Positions 57,924 through 64,000 of a stretch of DNA of 64,000 nt are shown here, piece by piece. This DNA is from a virus. Lineage: Duplodnaviria; Caudoviricetes. Position 1 is the first letter of the stretch; each line of letters starts with the position of its first letter. The stretch spans positions 9,530-73,529 of IMG/VR virus record IMGVR_UViG_3300044695_001846; one strand, 5' to 3'. The notes beneath the pieces were generated by a model. It had not been told where the DNA came from. It worked only from the letters and a program-made list of their open reading frames with translations, and searched no databases. A program made the translations under genes and the position numbers.

Positions 57924-58937
57924 ATGAGTAAAAGAGTTCTTTTAACAGGTGCAAGTGGTTTTGTTGGAAGCCATGTGCTTAGACACTTGCTGGTGAATAC
58001 AGATTGGTTTATAGTTTGTCCAACAACATTTACACACAAAGGTTTAACAGATAGAATTAATGTTGCATGTGACGACTTCCCCGATGCTTACAAGCGTATT
58101 AAAGTAATTAAGACAGACCTTACTGCTCCAATTTCTCCAGTAACATCCCATGCGTTTGGTCAAATTGATTATGTGATTAACGTAGCAAGTGAAAGTCATG
58201 TTGATAGAAGTATTGAAGAGCCAACTCCATTTATTCTAAATAACGTTTCTTTAATTTGTAATATACTTGACTGGGCAAGAGTTGCAAAGCCAGAAAAGTT
58301 TTTGCATATTTCAACTGATGAGGTTTATGGTCCAGCTCCAAAAGGACATTCTCATAAAGAGTGGGTAGACCAGTACTTTCCGAGCAACCCATACTCTGCT
58401 TCTAAAGCAGCACAAGAAAGCATTGCGTTTTCATATTGGAGAACCTATGGAGTTCCAATTGCAATTACAAACACTATGAACATTATTGGTGAGACTCAGG
58501 ACACTGAAAAGTTTATGCCAATGGTAATTAAAAAAGTTCTTAATGGAGAAACCATGAAGATCCATGCATCATCAGAAGGTGAGATTGGAAGTCGTTTTTA
58601 CTTACATGCTAGAAATCAGGCAGACGGTCTTTTGCATGTTCTTAAGCAACATTTCCCAGCTTATGGAGAATCTGATGTACCAGCAAAGTTTCACATTGTT
58701 GGCGAAAGAGAAGTGGATAACTTGGAAATGGCTCAAATGATTGCTTCAGCAGTTGGAAAGCCATTGCGTTACGAGTTAGAAGATTTCCACTCATCACGCC
58801 CAGGGCATGACTTACGTTATGCTTTAGACGGAAAAAAGATTGCTGACACTGGCTGGGTATCCCCAATGCCACTAGAAGAGTCAATTAGAAAAACTGTTGA
58901 ATGGACTTTAAGCCATCCAGAATGGCTAAGTTTGTGA
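57924..58937 (+). CDS. rfbB: dTDP-glucose 4,6-dehydratase-like NDP-sugar dehydratase
   Basis: TGASGFVG, ASESHVDRSI, STDEVYG, PYSASKAA, RPGHDLRY. Confidence 0.85.
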   Translation: MSKRVLLTGASGFVGSHVLRHLLVNTDWFIVCPTTFTHKGLTDRINVACDDFPDAYKRIKVIKTDLTAPISPVTSHAFGQIDYVINVASESHVDRSIEEPTPFILNNVSLICNILDWARVAKPEKFLHISTDEVYGPAPKGHSHKEWVDQYFPSNPYSASKAAQESIAFSYWRTYGVPIAITNTMNIIGETQDTEKFMPMVIKKVLNGETMKIHASSEGEIGSRFYLHARNQADGLLHVLKQHFPAYGESDVPAKFHIVGEREVDNLEMAQMIASAVGKPLRYELEDFHSSRPGHDLRYALDGKKIADTGWVSPMPLEESIRKTVEWTLSHPEWLSL

Positions 58938-59965
58938 AAGAATATTTAGCAAATAACTATATTTGTTTTGACGATATTCTTATGGTTCCACAATACTCAG
59001 AAGTTGTAAGCAGATCACTTGTAGATCTAAAAATGCATATTGGTGGAAGTTCTTGTCTAGACTTTCCAGTAATTGCATCCCCTATGGACACTGTTTGTGA
59101 AAAAGATATGGCAATTGCAATTGCTGAATCTGGTGGTATTGGAATTATTCATAGATTTATGTCAGCAAAAAAGCAAATAAAAATGGTTGAAGAAGTTCAT
59201 AGCCATAATTATCTTGGACTTCCTGTTGGTGCAGCATTGTCAACTACTTTTGTTGAAGAGCATGTTGATAAGTTAATTAAATCAGGAGCATCAATGCTTT
59301 TAATTGATACTGCTAATGGTCATAGTAAAATGGCAATTGATGCAGTTGTAAGATTAAAAAATATTGTAGGAGATAGTGTTCATATTATGGCTGGTAATGT
59401 TGCAACAATAGAGGGGTATATTGCTTTAGATGTTGCAGGTGCTGATTCTATCAGAGTTGGTATTGGTGGCGGTAGCATGTGTACCACGAGACTCGTATCT
59501 GGTCATGGTATTCCAACACTATCTTCAATTATAAACGTTCGAGAAGCAAAAGATAAGTTTGGCTTAAAGGCTGGAATTGTTGCAGATGGTGGAATTAGAA
59601 ATACTGGAGACATAATTAAAGCATTCGCAGCAGGAGCAGATTCCGTAATGCTTGGATCAATGTTGGCTGGCACTGACGAATCTCCAGGGTCTTTACATTT
59701 TAAAGGTGATAAAAAATTTAAAGCATTTAGAGGAATGGCTAGTAAAGAAGCTAATAAAGATAAAGATATTGCAGTTGCAGAAGGAGTCTCTACAATGATT
59801 CCATACAAGGGATCTGTGAAAGATATTTTTAAAGATATTAAAGGTGGTATTGGAAGTGGATGCTCTTATACTGGAGTAGACTTTCTTTGTAATTTATATC
59901 AAGAATCCATGTACACAAGGGTGTCACCATTAACTGTAAAGGAGTCGTTGCCTCATGGAAGATAA
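58934..59965 (+). CDS. IMPDH/GMP reductase family oxidoreductase without CBS domains
   Basis: [44 protein letters not shown]; likely GTG start coupled to the upstream stop. Confidence 0.88.
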   Translation: MKEYLANNYICFDDILMVPQYSEVVSRSLVDLKMHIGGSSCLDFPVIASPMDTVCEKDMAIAIAESGGIGIIHRFMSAKKQIKMVEEVHSHNYLGLPVGAALSTTFVEEHVDKLIKSGASMLLIDTANGHSKMAIDAVVRLKNIVGDSVHIMAGNVATIEGYIALDVAGADSIRVGIGGGSMCTTRLVSGHGIPTLSSIINVREAKDKFGLKAGIVADGGIRNTGDIIKAFAAGADSVMLGSMLAGTDESPGSLHFKGDKKFKAFRGMASKEANKDKDIAVAEGVSTMIPYKGSVKDIFKDIKGGIGSGCSYTGVDFLCNLYQESMYTRVSPLTVKESLPHGR

Positions 59966-60314
59966 TGAAGAAATGAGTAGCGAAGAATTATCAGAAATGA
60001 TTGAGTATCTTATTGAAATAGGTGCTATGGAAATTATGGGGTATGATTCTATATCAGATCAGTTTACATATAAAGTTACTTCAAAATGTAAAGAACTTTA
60101 TCCAGAACTTTATTATGCACATTATGAAGCCGTTGGAGAAATGGCTAGTCAGTTGTGGATGAAAGATGTTATAGACATAGTATTTACTGAAGGACAAACA
60201 ATTGTTGGAGTTACTCCAGAACAGGTAAAATCTATAAAAGAAAATATTAACACTTTTACTGATGATGAAAGATTTTTTCTTGAAACACTTCTTGCACATT
60301 ATGACCAAAGATAA
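59955..60314 (+). CDS. Hypothetical acidic protein
   Basis: 119-aa ORF with AGGAG RBS. Confidence 0.65.
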   Translation: MEDNEEMSSEELSEMIEYLIEIGAMEIMGYDSISDQFTYKVTSKCKELYPELYYAHYEAVGEMASQLWMKDVIDIVFTEGQTIVGVTPEQVKSIKENINTFTDDERFFLETLLAHYDQR

Positions 60315-60329
60315 GATATAATAGTAGTT

Positions 60330-61649
60330 ATGGATGTCATTAAATCAGCAGAATGGGAAGGCGAACCCCTTTACAACATGCTTTCAGAAGATGAAAAAGC
60401 CTTTGCAGATTCATTATTAAAATTAACAGAAGAGCTTGGACCACTAGATCAGTCAGAAGGTATCTGGATTGGTTATGAAGATGGTTCTACAAATCAAAAT
60501 GCTTCTATTGGTGTTAAGTGTGGAAACTGTGCACTTCATAAATCTGCAGTTGCTTGTGCAATTATCTCACAACAAATTGAAGAAGAAGGTGCTTGCAGAC
60601 TTGCAGTAATACCAGATGGCTATGTAAATTCTGATATGAAAAATTCTGGAGAAGAGTTTGAAGAAATGATTCCTGAAATGTCAAAAGCAGATTCAGTTAG
60701 AGTTGGTCAAATGGTTTCTTGGAATTCTAGCGGTGGAACTGCAAGAGGAAAAGTTGTAAGAGTTGTTAGAAATGGTTCTATTAATGTTCCTAATTCTGAT
60801 TTTACAATTACAGGAACTCCAGATAATCCAGCAGCACTTATTAGAATTTATAGAGACGGAAAGCCAACAGAAACCTTGGTTGGTCACAGGGTAGAAACTC
60901 TAAGGGTGTCAACTTCAAAATCACACCATGATGATGTTATTGGAAATGATGATGTTCCAAATACAAGAGCTGACTCAATAGAAGATTGTGATGATAAAAA
61001 TTGTCCACAACATTCAATGGGTAAAAAAGACTACTCTGACAAAGAAAGACAGATGTTAGCTCGTAGAGATATGGCTTTGCCTGACGGATCTTTTCCAATT
61101 GTTACTGCAGCAGATTTAAGTAATGCAGTCCAAGCAGTTGGTCGTGCATCAAATTACGCAAGGGCTCGTAATCACATCATAAGAAGAGCTGAAGCACTTA
61201 ACAGAACCGATTTACTTCCAGAAGAATGGAAGCCAAAGTCTGCAAGAAAAGATTTTAGTGTAGAAAAAAGAGATGTTTCGGACATTGATTTAAAACCAAC
61301 TGAATCTATGGCTAACAATGCTAGAAGAGGTCTTGAACTTAGAGCAAAGTTTGGTAGAGGTGGAACTGCAGTAGGAGTTGCTCGTGCTCGTGATCTAGTT
61401 AATGGCAGAGATCTTAGCCCTGAAACAGTTGCTAGAATGTATTCATTTTTTTCAAGACACGAAGTAGACAAGCAGGGTAAGGATTGGGACAATGCAGAAC
61501 GTCCATCAAATGGAAAGATAGCCTGGCTACTTTGGGGTGGAGACTCTGGGTTTGCTTGGTCAACACAAAAATGGAAAGCAATCCAAAATGCAAGAGCATC
61601 CAAATCAGATGACACTTGGACAGATTCACCATTTTCTTTTTATAAATAA
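60330..61649 (+). CDS. Multidomain protein, putatively head-associated
   Basis: CGNC...C...C domain; VGQMVSWNSSGGTARGKV SH3/Tudor-like domain; LPDGSFPI domain; PTESMANNARRGL...AWLLWGG domain. Confidence 0.65.
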   Translation: MDVIKSAEWEGEPLYNMLSEDEKAFADSLLKLTEELGPLDQSEGIWIGYEDGSTNQNASIGVKCGNCALHKSAVACAIISQQIEEEGACRLAVIPDGYVNSDMKNSGEEFEEMIPEMSKADSVRVGQMVSWNSSGGTARGKVVRVVRNGSINVPNSDFTITGTPDNPAALIRIYRDGKPTETLVGHRVETLRVSTSKSHHDDVIGNDDVPNTRADSIEDCDDKNCPQHSMGKKDYSDKERQMLARRDMALPDGSFPIVTAADLSNAVQAVGRASNYARARNHIIRRAEALNRTDLLPEEWKPKSARKDFSVEKRDVSDIDLKPTESMANNARRGLELRAKFGRGGTAVGVARARDLVNGRDLSPETVARMYSFFSRHEVDKQGKDWDNAERPSNGKIAWLLWGGDSGFAWSTQKWKAIQNARASKSDDTWTDSPFSFYK

Positions 61650-61660
61650 TAGGAGGCTAT

Positions 61661-62023
61661 ATGCAAAAGTTATCTCCCTTACAAAGAATATCAGCATGTT
61701 TGATTGGTATAAACTTTTTTGCAATAAACCTATTTATTACAATATTTTCTTTGATTCAAAAGAATAAAGAAGACGACCTACTAATTTCTTTTAAAGGATT
61801 TTTTAGAAAAAGTCAGCTATGTAAAATTTTAGATGAGGGGACTGTAAGGGTTGCCATTCAGGATAATAGTGCATACTGGGTTATAGACAATATTCTATAT
61901 AAAGCAAATATTGGCAAGGATGGAAGAATTCTTAATGAGAATGCTGAAAGAGTAGACGTTTTTGACCTTTCCGAAAAAGAAGTAAACAATCTTCTTTCAA
62001 TAATTGATACCATAAGTAGCTAG
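61661..62023 (+). CDS. Hypothetical membrane-anchored protein
   Basis: N-terminal hydrophobic helix; AGGAGG RBS. Confidence 0.6.
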   Translation: MQKLSPLQRISACLIGINFFAINLFITIFSLIQKNKEDDLLISFKGFFRKSQLCKILDEGTVRVAIQDNSAYWVIDNILYKANIGKDGRILNENAERVDVFDLSEKEVNNLLSIIDTISS

Positions 62024-62030
62024 TTTAAAG

Positions 62031-62059
62031 TTGACATTTGTCAGATAAAAATGTATAAT
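62031..62059 (+). promoter_or_regulatory. Consensus sigma70/SigA promoter
   Basis: TTGACA-17 nt-TATAAT. Confidence 0.85.
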
Positions 62060-62084
62060 AGTATTTAATAGAAAAGGATTTACC

Positions 62085-62435
62085 ATGGTTATTGTAGTTG
62101 AGGGAACAAAAGAGTTCTCTGATTATGAAATATTTATGAGAGCAATGACAGTAGCTTTGTCAACTCCAAATGAAAATAATCAAATACAAGTGTGGAGTCT
62201 TGGACCACATAAGATTAATAATTTTACTGCAGCATTTTGTAACTCTGCAGAAAACTATTTAAAGCAAAAAGGTTTTAAGGTTTCTTTTTCTAAAATAAAT
62301 GAACAATGGGTAAAGCAAAATGTAGAGCATGTTACATACTATGCATACTTTAGTTTGCCAAAAGAGCCATTGTCAAAGTTTGCTACATACATGGAACATC
62401 AGGAAGATGTTGAGATGGGAATATTTAGGTATTAA
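62085..62435 (+). CDS. SLOG/YspA-like protein
   Basis: IVVEGTKEFSDYEIF resembles the GSR.F.DY start of this family. Confidence 0.45.
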   Translation: MVIVVEGTKEFSDYEIFMRAMTVALSTPNENNQIQVWSLGPHKINNFTAAFCNSAENYLKQKGFKVSFSKINEQWVKQNVEHVTYYAYFSLPKEPLSKFATYMEHQEDVEMGIFRY

Positions 62436-62699
62436 ATGAGTTTAACAGCATGGTCTTTAATAATTTTTGCATCGTATAGTCTATTCTATCTGTCAATGCT
62501 TTTAGCAGTAACTCTAAAAACAAGTGTAGCAAAGATAGCTGCTATGGTTGTATGTTGGATAGTTTATCAAGTAGTTACTTTGTGGTATGGTATTGCTACA
62601 GATCAAATAGGATTTATTTTAATGTTTATATTCCAATTTATTGTTACAATTTTAACAGTAATTATTAGTACAGAAAGATCTATGAATGAAAGTATCTGA
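62436..62699 (+). CDS. Small membrane protein
   Basis: Three hydrophobic segments in 87 aa. Confidence 0.65.
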   Translation: MSLTAWSLIIFASYSLFYLSMLLAVTLKTSVAKIAAMVVCWIVYQVVTLWYGIATDQIGFILMFIFQFIVTILTVIISTERSMNESI

Positions 62700-62916
62700 T
62701 TTAAATAAAATGGAATCAATTGTAAGTAGTAACCCATATTTAACATGGGATGGCTGGAACGTTGTCTTTCTTGAAAAAGATGAACAAGCTAGTCTAAAAA
62801 AGAATGCAGCTTTTATTGATTCTACTTGGCACAAGAAAGTTGTGTTTGAAAATACTGGTGGAGTATGGGACATCCCAGACTCTATATTAAGGAAGGGCGA
62901 TGTACAAGTTCGATGA
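62686..62916 (+). CDS. Hypothetical protein
   Basis: 76 aa, LTWDGWNVV; overlaps both neighbours as in an operon. Confidence 0.6.
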   Translation: MKVSDLNKMESIVSSNPYLTWDGWNVVFLEKDEQASLKKNAAFIDSTWHKKVVFENTGGVWDIPDSILRKGDVQVR

Positions 62917-63181
62917 AAAAGCTTTATGCCTTAATATGGATACAAATCTTTTCTTTGATCAATATGAAGAAAATCCAGAAGTTTCCAAAAAAGTAGATCT
63001 TTTGTGTATAAAGTGTCCAGCACAAAGACAGTGCTTAGCATACGGAGTTAGCAATGCTGAGTGGGGTGTTTGGGGTGGCGTTTATTTGGAGGGCGGAAAA
63101 ATATCTAAAGAATTTAATAGTCATAAAGAAAAGACTGACTGGTTTAGTATTTGGTCTGGAATAACAATGGAGGCTAAGTAA
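62900..63181 (+). CDS. whiB: WhiB-family transcription factor
   Basis: C...FF...C-x2-C-x5-C and GVWGG. Confidence 0.9.
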   Translation: MYKFDEKALCLNMDTNLFFDQYEENPEVSKKVDLLCIKCPAQRQCLAYGVSNAEWGVWGGVYLEGGKISKEFNSHKEKTDWFSIWSGITMEAK

Positions 63182-63435
63182 TGTATACAGATAAGATGAG
63201 ACATGCTGTTAGATCTGTTAAGCCACCAAAAGATTTTCAAATAACTATTGCAGACTATGATCATTTCCTTGCTATCCAATTTTATGAAAGTCATTGGAGG
63301 CATTTAAATGATAATGAAAGGCTTCGTTGTATACAGTATATGACGAAAGTAAAAAATATCTTAGAGTCGTTAGGTGCGAATGTCTCACTTGACCCAATTC
63401 TAGATATCAAGTATAATGATGAAAGACAGCTATAA
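63181..63435 (+). CDS. Hypothetical protein
   Basis: 84 aa; coupled to the whiB stop. Confidence 0.65.
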   Translation: MYTDKMRHAVRSVKPPKDFQITIADYDHFLAIQFYESHWRHLNDNERLRCIQYMTKVKNILESLGANVSLDPILDIKYNDERQL

Positions 63436-63444
63436 GGAGTAAAA

Positions 63445-63855
63445 ATGGCTACAACAATTACGGTAATAGGAAACCTGGTTAAAGATCCAGAAAAGAAGGA
63501 TCTTGGCTCAGGTAAAGTTCTTGCAAAGCTTCGTCTTGCAAGTACAGAAAGATTCCAAGATTCTGATGGAACTTGGAAAGATGGAGACACGGCATTTTAT
63601 GATGTTGTATGTTGGAGAACTCTGGCAGAAAATGTCTCATCAAATCTTTCAAAAGGAAATAAGGTAATCGTTCATGGTAAATTAAAGTATCGTGAGTTTG
63701 ATAGAAAAGATGGAACTAAGGGCAATGCCTTTGAAATTGATGCAACTGATGTTGGTCCATCACTATCAATTAAGTCTGGAACATTTAATAAGACTAGCAA
63801 TGTTTCAAACTCAACAGTTTCAGTTGGAGCAGAAGAGCCTGATCCCTGGGCTTAG
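63445..63855 (+). CDS. ssb: Single-stranded DNA-binding protein (bacterial type)
   Basis: ITVIGNLVKDPE, VVCWRTLAENV, KGNKVIVHG, VGPSL, C-terminal DPWA. Confidence 0.9.
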   Translation: MATTITVIGNLVKDPEKKDLGSGKVLAKLRLASTERFQDSDGTWKDGDTAFYDVVCWRTLAENVSSNLSKGNKVIVHGKLKYREFDRKDGTKGNAFEIDATDVGPSLSIKSGTFNKTSNVSNSTVSVGAEEPDPWA

Positions 63856-63859
63856 TTGG

Positions 63860-63885
63860 ATGTCCCCCCGAAAGGGGGGCATTTC
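63860..63885 (+). terminator. GAAA-tetraloop hairpin terminator
   Basis: CCCCCC-GAAA-GGGGGG just after the ssb stop. Confidence 0.7.
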
Positions 63886-63888
63886 ATC

Positions 63889-63917
63889 TTGACAAAATAC
63901 AAAAAGTTTGGTAGAGT
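63889..63917 (+). promoter_or_regulatory. sigma70-type promoter (leaderless)
   Basis: TTGACA-17 nt-TAGAGT with extended TG; ATG 6 nt downstream. Confidence 0.7.
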
Positions 63918-63923
63918 ATATTA

Positions 63924-64000
63924 ATGCCAGTATATTTATATGCATGTGAAAAGTGCGAGGACAATAAAGAGTTGGTCAAGGGTATGAATGATCCTGATCC
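63924..64000 (+). CDS. FmdB-family Zn-ribbon protein (5' part only)
   Basis: MPVYLYACEKCEDNKELVKGMNDPD... Confidence 0.7.
   Translation, partial: MPVYLYACEKCEDNKELVKGMNDPD

Noticed and set aside
1-64000. tRNA, rRNA, integrase or transposase genes
   Set aside because: Intergenic gaps are short and none showed a cloverleaf or a recombinase ORF by eye; a tRNAscan/Infernal run would be needed to exclude small RNAs.

Overview
This 64 kb window is an AT-rich (roughly one-third GC by eye), almost entirely plus-strand segment of a large tailed dsDNA phage with siphovirus-like morphogenesis genes. The host is most likely an actinobacterium, judging from WhiB, a DnaE-type polymerase, an actinobacterial-style SSB and many apparently leaderless genes. 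Layout: 1-13 kb is a tail-fibre/accessory and glycosylation island; 13-15 kb is a class II ribonucleotide reductase; 15-44 kb is head and tail morphogenesis (portal, protease-scaffold, capsid, neck, tail tube, frameshifted chaperone, 2523-aa tape measure, tail tip); 44-55 kb is replication and recombination; 55-64 kb holds the terminase, metabolic genes and WhiB/SSB. The most notable observations are: (1) the tape measure protein carries repeat-delimited cargo cassettes, one matching an R-S-ExE ADP-ribosyltransferase; (2) a candidate virion protein O-glycosylation system, with a polypeptide GlcNAc-transferase-like enzyme, further glycosyltransferases, two NDP-sugar dehydratases and a Ser-Ala-Ser motif recurring across virion proteins; (3) a 22-Cys mirror-symmetric insert followed by a duplicated two-gene module; (4) a multidomain protein punctuated by prohead-protease-like Lys sites. 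All family calls come from motif recognition by eye; no database searches were run.
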